Below are positions 29,314 through 39,840 of a stretch of DNA of 64,000 nucleotides, in pieces. The position numbers and the translations under genes were made by a program. A model generated the notes under the pieces. The model was not told where the DNA came from, did not search any database, and saw only the letters and a program-made list of their open reading frames with translations. The first letter of the stretch is position 1, and every line of letters begins with the position of its first letter. This DNA is from Trueperaceae bacterium. Lineage in GTDB: Bacteria > Deinococcota > Deinococci > Deinococcales > Trueperaceae. The stretch lies in the NCBI GenBank assembly GCA_965213925.1, contig OZ243927.1:4512001-4576000 (forward strand), given 5' to 3'.

Positions 29314-30273
29314 CTAACAGGTTTGATCGATCGGCGTAAAGCCTAGAAACCATCCGATGCGTCGCCGATTAGTCTCTGACCAAAAGGTCATTAGGGTGAG
29401 ACCATCGAAACAGGGGTAGACGCGCTCTAGGACCTCCGGCTGCGTGTGCTTAGGCGGGCGCTCCGCAAGCATGGCGCTCGCCTCCCTAGAGGCTTTGAGC
29501 ACCGCGCCGGGTTGCCCTGCGGCGGCTAGGTGAATCAGCCCTGTAAGGTAGCGTCCGAGGAGCATCTCAGCTTTGCGCCAGCCCCGGTAGTAGCGCCGGA
29601 TCGTGACGAGGTCGTTGCGGAGCGGGAGGTAGGCAGCTCGCACCTTGACTTTAGGCCCCCTTGCGTCCCAAAGATGATAGATGGGCGCGTTCTGCAAGTA
29701 GTCCGCCTCCCACCCTTGATTCAGGTATTCGATGACCGTGGGCGGCTCCGTTTCGTACATAAAATAGCCGCGCGGACTTGGCGGCACCTGGAGCGCAGCC
29801 TCGCGGCGAAACGCCACTGCGCCCGCATGAAAGCCACGTGTCGGCGCGTACGTTTCGTCTCGCGAGAGCGTAGGAAAGTAGGGTGTATAGCTGCGCCGCC
29901 CGGACTTAGGCTCTACAAAAGGCAGTGCGACCAGCCCAAGGCTGGGTCCACGCTTGCGGAAGTGTTCCACCACACGCTGAACGGTGTGCTCTGCCGGGTA
30001 AGCGTCGTCGTCGAGCTGAAAGATAAACTCACCTTTCGCTATACGGATCGCGTCAGGCAGAGCGTCGAAACCTTTAGAGACATCGTTACGCAGCACGCGC
30101 ACGCTCGGGAACTCGCGCTCGATCATTGCGGTCGTTCCGTCGGTCGAAGCGTCGTCTATAACGATAATCTCATAACTCGAGCTAGGTGAATCTTGCAGCG
30201 AAGAGAGGAGGTCGCGCATCATCTCTTTACGGTTGTGTGTTGGAAAGATAAGGCTAACGGAAACGTCACTCAT
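29314..30273 (-). CDS. Glycosyltransferase family 2
   Basis: IFPTHNR, IIVIDDASTDGT, QLDDD. Confidence 0.88.
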   Translation of the reverse strand: MSDVSVSLIFPTHNRKEMMRDLLSSLQDSPSSSYEIIVIDDASTDGTTAMIEREFPSVRVLRNDVSKGFDALPDAIRIAKGEFIFQLDDDAYPAEHTVQRVVEHFRKRGPSLGLVALPFVEPKSGRRSYTPYFPTLSRDETYAPTRGFHAGAVAFRREAALQVPPSPRGYFMYETEPPTVIEYLNQGWEADYLQNAPIYHLWDARGPKVKVRAAYLPLRNDLVTIRRYYRGWRKAEMLLGRYLTGLIHLAAAGQPGAVLKASREASAMLAERPPKHTQPEVLERVYPCFDGLTLMTFWSETNRRRIGWFLGFTPIDQTC

Positions 30274-30441
30274 AGCAGCCGACTATATCACCTCCTCATT
30301 CTCTCCTTGATGTTGAATGGGGATACTCGAGCACGCGCTGCGCTCGGTACGTCAATGACTGTGGGCGAAAACCAACCTTTCAGCAAACACGCCGTATGAT
30401 TCTGTCGTGACTTCTTCTCTCGTCCTCTCTCGGAGACCCCC

Positions 30442-32676
30442 ATGTTCGCCGCCTTAGGCACACTCATCAGCCGCTACCCCCGCTTCGTCCTCGCGGCGTG
30501 GCTCGCCCTTACGCTTCTAGCCCTCCCTTTCGCGGGGCGCGTCGGCGAGGTGCTGAGCGCCCAATCGAGCGTGGTGCCGGGCAGCGCGGCGGCGCAGGTC
30601 GAGAGCCTTTTACAAGATGAGTTCAGCGGTCAGGACCAGCGGCTTCTGGTTTTGGTGACGCGCGCCGAAGACGTGAGGGTCGGTGAGCGCGACTTCGACG
30701 AACCCTACGCGGCGTTGGCCCAGAACTTACAAGGCGTCGCCGGGGTGAGAAACGTCCAAGATTACCGCAACGCGGCGGGGCTGTCGCTCGTCGCGCCGGA
30801 TAACCGTTACGCCATTTCACTCCTCACGCTCGACGGCGCGGCGGACGCCAGGGGCACCCTAGAAGCGGTAGACGAGGTTCTGGCGGGGTCGGAGGCGTTC
30901 ACCTTCAACCTCTCAGGTGGCGAAGCGGTGAGGCGCGAGCTGGAGACGATCAGCGTGCGGGACGCGCGGCGCGCGGAGTTGTTCGGTTTGCCGCTCAGCT
31001 TAGTCGTGTTGGTCGTGGCGTTTGGCGCGCTCGGGGCGGCGAGCTTGCCGCTCCTGGTCGCGGCGGTCACGGTCACGCTCTCCTACGCGCTCCTTTTCGC
31101 CATCGGTCAAGCCGTGCCGTTCGCGGTCTTTGCGCAAACGATCGTGACGATGCTCGGTCTAGCGACGGGCATCGACTACGCCCTCCTGATGGTCAACCGC
31201 TTCCGCGAGGAGTTGGGGCGCACAGCGAACGCAAGGGACGCGGCGGCGGCAACCATTATGACGGCGGGCAGGGCGGTGACGTTCAGCGGCTTTACGGGCG
31301 TGGTTGCGCTCGGGGCGCTGCTCGTGCCGCCCCTGGGCTTCATCCGCTCGATCGGGTTAGGGGCGATGGTCGCGCTTTTCGTGAGCGTGCTCGTCTCAGT
31401 CAGCGCCTTGCCCGCCCTTTTAGCGCTTCTAGGAGAGCGCGTCAATGCGGGCCGGGTGACGCGGCGCACCCCTGGCGAGCGCAGCCGCGCATTCTGGCGC
31501 GAGCGGGCGCGGCAGGTCCAGCGTCACCCGCTGCGCTGGGCGCTAGGCGGGACGATCTTTTTACTTCTACTGAGCGCACCTGCGCTGCGCATCGCTTTGG
31601 CTGACCCCGGCAGCGAAGGGCTGGGCCCCGCCACCGACGCGCGGCAGGTGCAGGGTGCCCTCGAGGAGACCGGCTTAGCCGGCGTACTCGACTCTTTCGC
31701 AGCGATCTTAGACTTCGGCGAGCAGGGGTTTTTCGACCCTGAGAGCGTGCGCGCCACCTCGAAATTCTCGCGGCAAGTGGAAGATATCGCGGGGCTCGCG
31801 CAAGCCTATTCGCCTACCACAGCGGGCGGCTTGCCCCCCTTGCTCATCTTCGGTTACTACGCAAACCGCGACACGGCGGAAGACAGCCCGCTCGCCGACC
31901 TCGTGAACGCCACCGTGAGCGAGAACGGGCGCTACGCGCTCGTGCGGCTCTTCCCCGAAGGCGACCTGACCCTCTCCGAAGTGCGCCGCACCGAAGGTGA
32001 ACTTCGCGCGCTCGCGAACGAACTGGGCGCTCAGATCACCGTCGGCGGCAGCTTAGTGCGTGAACGCGAGTGGACACGCACGCTCTACCGCAACTTCCCC
32101 CTAGCCGCCGCGCTCGTCTACGTCGCAACGCTCATTTTGCTAGGGCTCGCCTTTCGCTCGCTACTCATCCCTATCAAGTCCGTCGTGCTTAACAGCTTAA
32201 CGGTGAGCGCGGCGTTCGGCGTGATCACCCTTATCTTTCAGTACGGCGTCGGGATCTCGCTGTTCGGACTGCCCGAGGCGTTGGGCTACGTGGACAGCAG
32301 CACGCCGATTTTCGTCTTCGCCATCGTCTTTGGACTCAGCATGGACTACGAAGTCTTTTTGGTCGCGCGCATTTTCGAGGCGCACGAGCGCGGGCTCTCG
32401 GACCAAGACGCCGTGGTCGAGGCGATGGGCGCGACGGGCGGGGTCATCAGCAGCGCCGGGCTCATCATGATCGTAGTCTTTTCGGTCTTTATCTCGAGCC
32501 AAATAGTCCTCATCAAAACGCTCGCTCTAGGGCTCACCCTCGCTATCTTTTTGGATATCACCTTGGTGCGCTTAGCCCTCGTGCCCGCCGTGATGTCCTT
32601 AGCTGGAGAGTGGAACTGGTGGCTGCCCCGTCCTCTAAAACGTCTGGCGGAGCGGGTGAATCTGCAACATGATTAA
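30442..32676 (+). CDS. MMPL-family (RND) transporter
   Basis: GIDYALLMVNRFREE, FGLSMDYEVFL, many TMs, NWWLP. Confidence 0.93.
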   Translation: MFAALGTLISRYPRFVLAAWLALTLLALPFAGRVGEVLSAQSSVVPGSAAAQVESLLQDEFSGQDQRLLVLVTRAEDVRVGERDFDEPYAALAQNLQGVAGVRNVQDYRNAAGLSLVAPDNRYAISLLTLDGAADARGTLEAVDEVLAGSEAFTFNLSGGEAVRRELETISVRDARRAELFGLPLSLVVLVVAFGALGAASLPLLVAAVTVTLSYALLFAIGQAVPFAVFAQTIVTMLGLATGIDYALLMVNRFREELGRTANARDAAAATIMTAGRAVTFSGFTGVVALGALLVPPLGFIRSIGLGAMVALFVSVLVSVSALPALLALLGERVNAGRVTRRTPGERSRAFWRERARQVQRHPLRWALGGTIFLLLLSAPALRIALADPGSEGLGPATDARQVQGALEETGLAGVLDSFAAILDFGEQGFFDPESVRATSKFSRQVEDIAGLAQAYSPTTAGGLPPLLIFGYYANRDTAEDSPLADLVNATVSENGRYALVRLFPEGDLTLSEVRRTEGELRALANELGAQITVGGSLVREREWTRTLYRNFPLAAALVYVATLILLGLAFRSLLIPIKSVVLNSLTVSAAFGVITLIFQYGVGISLFGLPEALGYVDSSTPIFVFAIVFGLSMDYEVFLVARIFEAHERGLSDQDAVVEAMGATGGVISSAGLIMIVVFSVFISSQIVLIKTLALGLTLAIFLDITLVRLALVPAVMSLAGEWNWWLPRPLKRLAERVNLQHD

Positions 32677-32703
32677 ATACTCTGTTAGCTAAAGAATGAC
32701 TGA

Positions 32704-32854
32704 TGTCATTCTGAGCGGAACGCAGTGGAGCGTAAGAATCTCTGACCTTGCTGACTCCTCTCGCTGAGATTGAAGGACGAGACCCTCACGCCATTATTGT
32801 TCTCACTTCGTTCGGACCCGCCGGACTTCGTCGTACTGCGTGAACAGGGTGACA
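32704..32854. repeat. REP-like palindromic repeat
   Basis: TGTCATTCTGAGCG...AGAATCTC ... GAGACCCT...GGGTGACA; inverted relative at 62492-62595. Confidence 0.7.
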
Positions 32855-32894
32855 TACTAATAAGTAGCAATACTTGCTTAACGGTGTACTAAAA

Positions 32895-32932
32895 AGCAAT
32901 GAGTAGAAATCAGAGCCTTTCTACTCATTGCT
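32895..32932. terminator. Hairpin between convergent genes (AGCAATG repeat family)
   Basis: 15-bp perfect stem AGCAATGAGTAGAAA/TTTCTACTCATTGCT. Confidence 0.65.
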
Positions 32933-32954
32933 CGTTCCTCATTACTCTTCTAAT

Positions 32955-34871
32955 CTAAAAATGCAACGTCTGCGCCGCTTCACCCTGCAAGTACACCGCC
33001 GCGAACTCGCCCGCTGCCAGCGCGCAGAGCAGGGTCCCGCCCGAGATATCGAAAAGGGCGTAGTCGCTGAGCGCGCCGAGCGGCGTGCCCGGCACCATCA
33101 CCACGACGCTTTCGCGCCCCTCCTCCGAAGATTCGCCCAGGCGCTCGGTGTAGCGGCGCACCGAGAGGGGTTGCCCTCCGACGCGCAGGTTGAGGGGCTC
33201 GTCGAGGAGCTGACGGCGCACTCCTTTTAAGGACGCGATGAGGTCGTCCGGCGCGGTGAGCGCGAGGTGGAGGTGCTGTAAAAAGATTTCTTTAGCCGAG
33301 CCTGCGAAGGGGGTGTTGGTCGCTTTGGCGGCGCTCGAGGCGAGCCCCTCTAACGCCTGCCGCTTGTCGGGCGCGCGCGCGACCAAACGCCCTAACCGCG
33401 CCAGGGCGCGTTTCGCCGTCTCCTTGGATTCGCCAGGTGGGGTGCCCACCGCCGTCCGCAGGAGGTCCGTAAAACCTAAACGCAAGATCGTATGCACCGC
33501 GAGCGCCTCCGCGATAAGCGTGTCTAGCGGGCGCACGTTGTCGCGCACGTCCAAGTAGAGGTAGCCCTCCTCTAAAAAGACGGACACCCGCTTGTCCACG
33601 ACCTCGAGCTGCAGCGTCGCAGCGCTCCCCGCGAGCGCCCGCTCCTCCCCCTCCAGCACGAGCGTCCACGCGCCGGGCGCGCCTATGACTGCCGCGTCCA
33701 AACCCGAGAGCGAAAAGCGCATCGGCCCCTTGAGCCGCAGCGTCAGGGTCGTCGCGCTGCGCGGAATCGCCGTGAGGTTGAGCGACGAGTTCTCGGCGAA
33801 CAGCACGCCGCCCGCGAGCCGCGGCTCCGCCATCTCGCCGCCGACGCGCTTGGGGAGGAGTTGCCCGAGTTGCGCGAAGAGCATCTCGGCGGCTCGCGCG
33901 AACGCCTCGGCGTCTCGCTCGAAGAGGGAACGCTGCGCGCGCTCGCGCTCCCACGCGCTCTGCAGACGCGCCTCCAACACGCTGCGCTGCGCGGAACGCT
34001 CCGCCGCCGAGAGCGGCTCGCGGCTCAGCGCCTGGATCATCTGTCTAAGCCTCTGCGAACTCACGTCTTGGCTGGGCAGCGAGCTTAGCCGCCCCGCGTA
34101 GGGGTCGCGGGCGACCGCCAACATAAAGCGGCGCATATAGATGAGCGTTCCCTCTTCGCTCAGCTCGAGCTTCCGATAAGGGCTTTTCGGTCCCCTAAAA
34201 TTCAAGATGCCCTCGACGAGTTCGCGCAGCAGCTCGGTGACGCTCTCCACATCGTTAAACGAGTAGAGCGGGTCGGAGCGCTCCAACACAGCCTCGCTCA
34301 CACCGAAATTGACGAGCGTAGCGTCCCCGGCAAAAGTAGGCGTCTGCGCGTAGCGCGCGAGGTTGCGAAGCGTGCCGTAAACAAGCCGCACGGTGTAGCG
34401 CTCGCGCTCGGCGCGGTACGTCGCCGCGAGACGACTCAGCACCCGCTCGACCTCGGCGGAACGGACGCGCTCCGCCAAACGCTTTAAGATGCGCTGCTCT
34501 TCACGCTCGACCGGGCTCAGCAAAATCGTCGCCTCGGTGGTGAGGACCTGCTTGGCGGCCTCCTCTGCGACGGAGGTACCGAGTTCCAACTGGTCGAAGG
34601 TGAGGTCGAAGTCGGGCAGGTCGTCCTGCGCGTCATCCGGCGCACTTGGCGTCAGGTCAAACGCCGCCCCGACGACGCCGAGCCGCTCCAACTCCTGGCT
34701 CGCCGTTCCGAACCGCTCGCGCGCCTCGGCGCTCAGCGCGCTCTGGTGCTGCGCCACGTAGCCGTACAGCGTAGCGACACTCTCGCGCCCGCCCGTCGGC
34801 TCATAGCCAGCGACGAGATCGCCAATTTTGTATTCGAGAAGCTCGAGCGCCACCATCTCGGGTCTAAGCAT
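32955..34871 (-). CDS. Hypothetical protein (638 aa)
   Basis: Long ORF with leaderless TATACT 7 nt upstream and a central coiled-coil-like stretch; no recognised domain. Confidence 0.75.
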   Translation of the reverse strand: MLRPEMVALELLEYKIGDLVAGYEPTGGRESVATLYGYVAQHQSALSAEARERFGTASQELERLGVVGAAFDLTPSAPDDAQDDLPDFDLTFDQLELGTSVAEEAAKQVLTTEATILLSPVEREEQRILKRLAERVRSAEVERVLSRLAATYRAERERYTVRLVYGTLRNLARYAQTPTFAGDATLVNFGVSEAVLERSDPLYSFNDVESVTELLRELVEGILNFRGPKSPYRKLELSEEGTLIYMRRFMLAVARDPYAGRLSSLPSQDVSSQRLRQMIQALSREPLSAAERSAQRSVLEARLQSAWERERAQRSLFERDAEAFARAAEMLFAQLGQLLPKRVGGEMAEPRLAGGVLFAENSSLNLTAIPRSATTLTLRLKGPMRFSLSGLDAAVIGAPGAWTLVLEGEERALAGSAATLQLEVVDKRVSVFLEEGYLYLDVRDNVRPLDTLIAEALAVHTILRLGFTDLLRTAVGTPPGESKETAKRALARLGRLVARAPDKRQALEGLASSAAKATNTPFAGSAKEIFLQHLHLALTAPDDLIASLKGVRRQLLDEPLNLRVGGQPLSVRRYTERLGESSEEGRESVVVMVPGTPLGALSDYALFDISGGTLLCALAAGEFAAVYLQGEAAQTLHF

Positions 34872-34971
34872 AACGTCGAGTATAGAGACTCCACTCCTTG
34901 TCAGGAGTGACCTCTCTAATACGCCATTGATCTCTTTATGGTGGAGTAAGAAAGCTCACTTAGAGCACGGG

Positions 34972-36027
34972 TCAGACAAGGTGTTCTAACGCGCCTTTAA
35001 GCACCCCGATGGCCCGTTCATATTCCCCCAGCGAAAGGTGCTCATAGGGCGTATGGTCGAGCGCCGAGTCACCTGGACCATACGCTAGCATCGGCACGTC
35101 CCATCTTGGCGCGACCACGTTCATGTCCGACGTGCCCGTCTTGAGCTTGAGGCGCGGCTTGCCCTCACGAGAGCGTATCGCCGTGCGAAAGGCTCTCGTG
35201 AGCGGCGTGTCTTTAGGGCTGCGGTAGGGAATCTCAGAACCGAGAAAGGTCAGGTCCGCGCGGCTCTCAGCTAAGAGGTGCGCCAACCTCTCCTTAGCCT
35301 CTTGCGGCGGCAACGCTGGCGGCAAGCGCAACCCGACGACCCCTCGGGCTCGCTGCTCGAGCCCATCGCTCTCACTGCTAATACTTTGCAGCGCGACTTG
35401 CACCTGATCAAAAATCCCCTTGACCTCAGCGTTAAATTCATCCGCCCAAGTCTTAACCTGCTGCCAGCACACGACTAAATCTTCCGCCGCCGTGGTGCCC
35501 TCACCCGCGCTATGAAAGTTCTCTTTTTCCACCTTTATTTTAAGCACCAAACGCCCCTTATACCCGAGCGTCACCGCGTCCCAACCGCTCGGCTCGCCGA
35601 TGATGAGGAGGTCGGGTTTGGGGTAGTTTTGCAGGGCAAAACGCGCTCCTTTGCTGGACGCGACCTCTTCTTCCACTGCGCCAATGAGGGTGAGTGTCAG
35701 CTTCTCTAACACCTCTTCACTGAGTAGAGAGGCTGCGGCGACTGCGGTACAAAAGGGTCCTTTCGCGTCCACCGAGCCGCGCCCGTAGAGCTTGCCCTCT
35801 TTCGTTTCAACCGGAATTTCGCCCGGTACGGTGTCGATATGCCCTAAAAAGGTGACGTTGAAAGGTCCGTGTCCGACATGTGCAACGGCGTTGCCTGCCC
35901 CATCTACAAATGCTTCTCTCGCAAAGGAACTCATCTGTGAGACGAGATGCGCGGCGACCTCTTCCTCGGAGCCGGAGACGCTGGGGATGGAGACGGTTTG
36001 CTCGAGGAGTTTAACCGCGTCCAACAC
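34972..36027 (-). CDS. lysK: [LysW]-lysine hydrolase (M20 family)
   Basis: LGHIDTV, GRGSVDAKGP, VEEE, KTGTSDMNVV, YGPGDSALDHTP. Confidence 0.93.
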   Translation of the reverse strand: MLDAVKLLEQTVSIPSVSGSEEEVAAHLVSQMSSFAREAFVDGAGNAVAHVGHGPFNVTFLGHIDTVPGEIPVETKEGKLYGRGSVDAKGPFCTAVAAASLLSEEVLEKLTLTLIGAVEEEVASSKGARFALQNYPKPDLLIIGEPSGWDAVTLGYKGRLVLKIKVEKENFHSAGEGTTAAEDLVVCWQQVKTWADEFNAEVKGIFDQVQVALQSISSESDGLEQRARGVVGLRLPPALPPQEAKERLAHLLAESRADLTFLGSEIPYRSPKDTPLTRAFRTAIRSREGKPRLKLKTGTSDMNVVAPRWDVPMLAYGPGDSALDHTPYEHLSLGEYERAIGVLKGALEHLV

Positions 36028-36329
36028 TACGCTGCGTAAGGTTCAATCGTTTGAATAATGCCTTGTTCCGTCTGCTGAACCTTGAACAAATCCCAACGGA
36101 CTTGCAGATTGAGCCGAAATCCAGCCGAGTTGCCAAAGAACTTCGCTAAACGTAGAGCCGTGCTAGGCGTCATTCCTCTACGCCCATTCATAATCTCGTT
36201 GAGCCGCTGATAAGGGACGTGAATCGCTTCCGCAAGCTCGCGCGGCGTGAGCCCTAGAGGAACTAAAAATTCTTCCTGCAATATTTCGCCTGGATGGGTT
36301 GGTTGGCGCTTAGCGGGTATTCTGACCAC
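36027..36329 (-). CDS. higA: HigA-family antitoxin (XRE HTH)
   Basis: PTHPGEILQEEFL, TPSTALRLAKFFG. Confidence 0.9.
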   Translation of the reverse strand: MVRIPAKRQPTHPGEILQEEFLVPLGLTPRELAEAIHVPYQRLNEIMNGRRGMTPSTALRLAKFFGNSAGFRLNLQVRWDLFKVQQTEQGIIQTIEPYAA

Positions 36330-36528
36330 GACTCACTTCTCTCTTTTTGGATACTTCTTGCAAAAAGGCTTCCGCCTGTTTACGCTTAACAGTTGGGAAA
36401 CCCTCTAAAAAGCGCTCCAACGTTTCGCCCGCTTTGATGTAGTCGATGAGAATGTCTACGGGAACTCTCGTGCCTGCGAAGACTAAAGCGCCGCTCATGA
36501 TGTTTGGGTCTTGAGATGTGGTTTGCAT
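36310..36528 (-). CDS. DUF433-domain protein (antitoxin-like)
   Basis: DPNIMSGALVFAGTRVPV..FLEGFPTV. Confidence 0.85.
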   Translation of the reverse strand: MQTTSQDPNIMSGALVFAGTRVPVDILIDYIKAGETLERFLEGFPTVKRKQAEAFLQEVSKKREVSRGQNTR

Positions 36529-36541
36529 ACGCACTTCTACC

Positions 36542-37075
36542 TTACTTCGAGTTTCTATCAAGATAGGCTTCCCAATCCTCTTTGTTGTATTTGATTGTAG
36601 AGAAACGGTGAGCACGCTCGGGTTCACTCAGGTTTAACGCCCACTGCCAGCAGTTTTTATAGCTCGGCCTCAATCCCGATTCCCATTCAACCGCCCTCTG
36701 CGCCTTATCTTCACCGAAGAGTTCAACAAAGACATCGAAGAGGATAAGGTAAAGCAGCTTATGACCATTGATGTGCCTGTCCTCTGCTCTTTTATACCCG
36801 AAACCACTACCCGCTAAAATTCTGTGTCCTAGTTCGTGCACGAGCGTTGTCGCTTTAATGTCAATTGGGTAGCTCGCTCGCAATACGGTAGGATGAGAAT
36901 AACTGACGCCCTCATAAATGAGCACATTGAGCCGGGATTCGACAAAATCGAGTTCCGTTCTCTTCTCGAGCACGCTGATAAAGTCGTCACCTCGAGCGCT
37001 CCAGATTTCCTCGTACTCGCCAGCCGCCGCGATGAGCTTTGGTTCGTCCCACTCAGGATAAAAGCTAATTTGCAC
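36542..37075 (-). CDS. Hypothetical protein with HExxH (zincin-like) motif
   Basis: TLVHELGHR; GGAG RBS. Confidence 0.65.
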   Translation of the reverse strand: MQISFYPEWDEPKLIAAAGEYEEIWSARGDDFISVLEKRTELDFVESRLNVLIYEGVSYSHPTVLRASYPIDIKATTLVHELGHRILAGSGFGYKRAEDRHINGHKLLYLILFDVFVELFGEDKAQRAVEWESGLRPSYKNCWQWALNLSEPERAHRFSTIKYNKEDWEAYLDRNSK

Positions 37076-37119
37076 CGCTTATCTCCAAAATCCGCCTTGA
37101 GAGACCCGTTTTCTCGAGC

Positions 37120-38304
37120 CTACCCCACTCCCAACACCTTCTCAAATCTCCTTACCACCTCATCCACCTCTTCCTCCGAAATAACAAGAGGCGGCACAAA
37201 CCGAATCACCGTCGCCCCCGCGTTGATCACAATCACGCCCGCGTCGCGCAAAGCAGAAATATAGGGCGCAACCTTCTCTTTAAGCTCCACCCCGAGCATC
37301 AAGCCGACCCCTCTCACTTCGCGGATTTTCTCAGACTCTAACGCCATCAGCGCCTTGCGGAAGTGATTGCCGACGTGCTTGACGTGCTCCAAAAGGTCGC
37401 GCTCTTCGAACTCTTGCAGAACGGCCAACCCAGCCGCCGACGCGAGCGGGTTGCCGCCGAAGGTCGTGCCGTGTCCGCCTTTGGGCATCCCGGCGGCGAC
37501 CTCATTGGTCATGAGAAGTGCGCCGATGGGCACGCCGCCGCCTAAGCCTTTGGCGAGCGTGACCATGTCGGGCTCCAAGAGGTAGTGCTCCGAAGCTAAG
37601 AACGCCCCCGTGCGCCCCACCCCGGACTGAATCTCGTCCATGATGAGGAGTGCGCCGTGGTCTTCGGTAAGGTCGCGGGCGGCTTGCAAGAACTTGCGCG
37701 TCGCGGGGCGGATGCCGCCTTCACCCTGGATGGGCTCTAAGAATACAGCCGCCGTCTCATCTGTCACGGCTTCCTCTAATTTTTCTACATTGTTGTAAGG
37801 AATAAAGTCCACGGTGTCGATAAGCTTGCCGAACGGCTGGCGGTACTTCTTCTCCCAGGTTAGCGAGACCGCGCCCATCGTCCGCCCGGAGAAGCCGCGC
37901 ATGGCGGCGACGAAGCGGGTCTTGCCCGTGGCAGCGCGTGCCCATTTCAGCGCCGCCTCATTCACCTCAGAACCGGAATTGGCTAAAAAGACGCGGTTAA
38001 GAGGTGCGGGCACGAAGGTGAAGAGTTTGTCTAAGAAGTCAGCGCGCGTATCGTTCCCAACGTTTTGCGAGAAGGCGATGAGTTTGCCCGCTTGCTCCGA
38101 AATCGCTTTTTGCAACCTCGGATTGGCGTGACCAATACTCGCGACCGCGATGCCCGCCATGCAGTCCAAATACTCCTTGCCCTCGGCGTCCCAAAGTTTA
38201 ACGCCCTCGCCGCGCACGAAGACGACGTCGGGTTGCCACAGTCCAGAGTAGTGCTGCGCTTCGCGGTCTAAAATCTCTTGCGTCCGACTTCTCACCTGCG
38301 TCAT
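37120..38304 (-). CDS. lysJ: [LysW]-aminoadipate semialdehyde transaminase (ArgD-like)
   Basis: Class III aminotransferase [36 protein letters not shown] motif; cluster context. Confidence 0.92.
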   Translation of the reverse strand: MTQVRSRTQEILDREAQHYSGLWQPDVVFVRGEGVKLWDAEGKEYLDCMAGIAVASIGHANPRLQKAISEQAGKLIAFSQNVGNDTRADFLDKLFTFVPAPLNRVFLANSGSEVNEAALKWARAATGKTRFVAAMRGFSGRTMGAVSLTWEKKYRQPFGKLIDTVDFIPYNNVEKLEEAVTDETAAVFLEPIQGEGGIRPATRKFLQAARDLTEDHGALLIMDEIQSGVGRTGAFLASEHYLLEPDMVTLAKGLGGGVPIGALLMTNEVAAGMPKGGHGTTFGGNPLASAAGLAVLQEFEERDLLEHVKHVGNHFRKALMALESEKIREVRGVGLMLGVELKEKVAPYISALRDAGVIVINAGATVIRFVPPLVISEEEVDEVVRRFEKVLGVG

Positions 38305-38351
38305 CTTGACTCCTTAACGTAATCTCATGCACTTAAACCTAAAAATATACA

Positions 38352-39155
38352 CTACGATACTACCGTACCGGCACCTTCTAACGCCCGCCGCACCGAACCT
38401 TCACCTCGCGCGTCTCCGAAGATCACGCGCTTCACCCCGCCCTGCACCGCCTCGGCTGCGCCTAAAACTTTCTTCTTCATGCGGTCTTGGGCGACCTCTA
38501 AATACTCCTCCACTCTATCCGCCGGAATCTCACGAATCAAACTTGCCTCGTCGGGGAAGTTGCGCAAGAGTCCAGGCACGTTGGAAAGCAGCAAGAGGGC
38601 GTCCGCTTTTAGAGAGGTCGCGACGGCGGCGGCGGCTCTGTCACCATCGACGTTGACGGCGACGCCTTCAAAGCTCGAGCCCGGCGGCGTTAATACAGGC
38701 AGATAACCATTTGAAAGAAGTAGCTCCAACAACCCCGTATTAACCCGCTCCACCGTCCCCGTATGGTCACCGCGCAACACCTTCGTCTTGCCGTTCTCGA
38801 CGCTCCGCACCTTGTCCTTATGTTTGCCCTCGAAGATGCGCCCGTCCAGACCCGACAAGCCGACCGCGTTCACGCCCAACCGCTGCAACCGCTCCACGAT
38901 ACCCTTATTCACCTTGCCGCAGTAGACCATCTCGAAAATCTCCAGCGTTTCGCGGTCGGTAAAGCGGCTCGTGTAGCCGCTCGGCGAGGTCACGAACTTA
39001 GGCGGACGTCCTAAAGCCTCCGCAACCCGGTTGGTTTCGGCGCTGCCGCCGTGCACCAGGACAAGTTTTTGCCCCTCTTTCCAAAGTGCCGCGAGGTCTT
39101 CACAGAGCGCCTCGTAATCGATTCCGAGTGAGCCGCCGACTTTGACGACGATCAT
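38352..39155 (-). CDS. lysZ: [LysW]-aminoadipate kinase
   Basis: VVKVGGS, VHGGS, SGYTSRFTD, NVDGDRAAA, RMKKKV. Confidence 0.95.
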   Translation of the reverse strand: MIVVKVGGSLGIDYEALCEDLAALWKEGQKLVLVHGGSAETNRVAEALGRPPKFVTSPSGYTSRFTDRETLEIFEMVYCGKVNKGIVERLQRLGVNAVGLSGLDGRIFEGKHKDKVRSVENGKTKVLRGDHTGTVERVNTGLLELLLSNGYLPVLTPPGSSFEGVAVNVDGDRAAAAVATSLKADALLLLSNVPGLLRNFPDEASLIREIPADRVEEYLEVAQDRMKKKVLGAAEAVQGGVKRVIFGDARGEGSVRRALEGAGTVVS

Positions 39156-39553
39156 GGGAGAAGCTCCAAAGAGCCGAGCGTCGGCGCTTGCACGAAGCTG
39201 AAGTGCTTGCGGTCGAGCGTGAGCACGCGCCGAATCCGGTGTCTTTCGGCTAGGGCGATGATGTTCGCATCGACGAAACCGATGTCGGCATCTGCGTACC
39301 TCTCGACTAGAGCGTGAGCAAGTTTTATATCCTTGAGGTCGGCGTTCAAAAATCTCACCTTCTCTTCCGCGACACTCGCTAAAAAGCGCCGCGCCACGTG
39401 CGAGCCGTAGCGCTGGCTTGCTAGATCGTCCACCTCACAGAGGATGGTGGAGGGAATGAGAAGCGCCTTAGCATAGGGGCGAGCTACCTGGTGGGGGGGT
39501 TCATTTGAGTCGAGCAGGGTGAGCACCCCGCTCGTATCCGCTAAGACGCTCAT
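39152..39553 (-). CDS. vapC: PIN-domain (VapC) toxin
   Basis: ADTS, ILCE, GFVDA, TLDRKHF: acidic catalytic residues present. Confidence 0.88.
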   Translation of the reverse strand: MSVLADTSGVLTLLDSNEPPHQVARPYAKALLIPSTILCEVDDLASQRYGSHVARRFLASVAEEKVRFLNADLKDIKLAHALVERYADADIGFVDANIIALAERHRIRRVLTLDRKHFSFVQAPTLGSLELLP

Positions 39554-39840
39554 GCGGTCTTTTTGCGCTGCTCTTCTCTATAGTGTGCAAAGTCTGCTTC
39601 TATGCGCCGCTGTTTTTCTTCAAGCAGTTCAGCCAGCACCTCTTCACCGCGCTTTGCTAAGTCGCCGCTGCCGCTCGCTATCCCTACCCATTCAGGCACG
39701 GAGGACCCTTTTTGCCGCTCGCCGATATGTTCACCGAGCACCTCACGGATGAGTTCTGCTTTCGAACGCCCTTCTAGCCGTGCGAGCCGCGTAAGCTCTC
39801 TGTCTACCGATTCGTCAAGATAAACCGTCGTTCGCTTCAT
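39550..39840 (-). CDS. CopG/ribbon-helix-helix antitoxin
   Basis: MKRTTVYLD..LARLEGRSKAELIRE. Confidence 0.88.
   Translation of the reverse strand: MKRTTVYLDESVDRELTRLARLEGRSKAELIREVLGEHIGERQKGSSVPEWVGIASGSGDLAKRGEEVLAELLEEKQRRIEADFAHYREEQRKKTA

Noticed and set aside
29314..32676. GT2 plus MMPL as a glycolipid synthesis-export pair
   Set aside because: Only divergent adjacency; no acyltransferase or other pathway genes.
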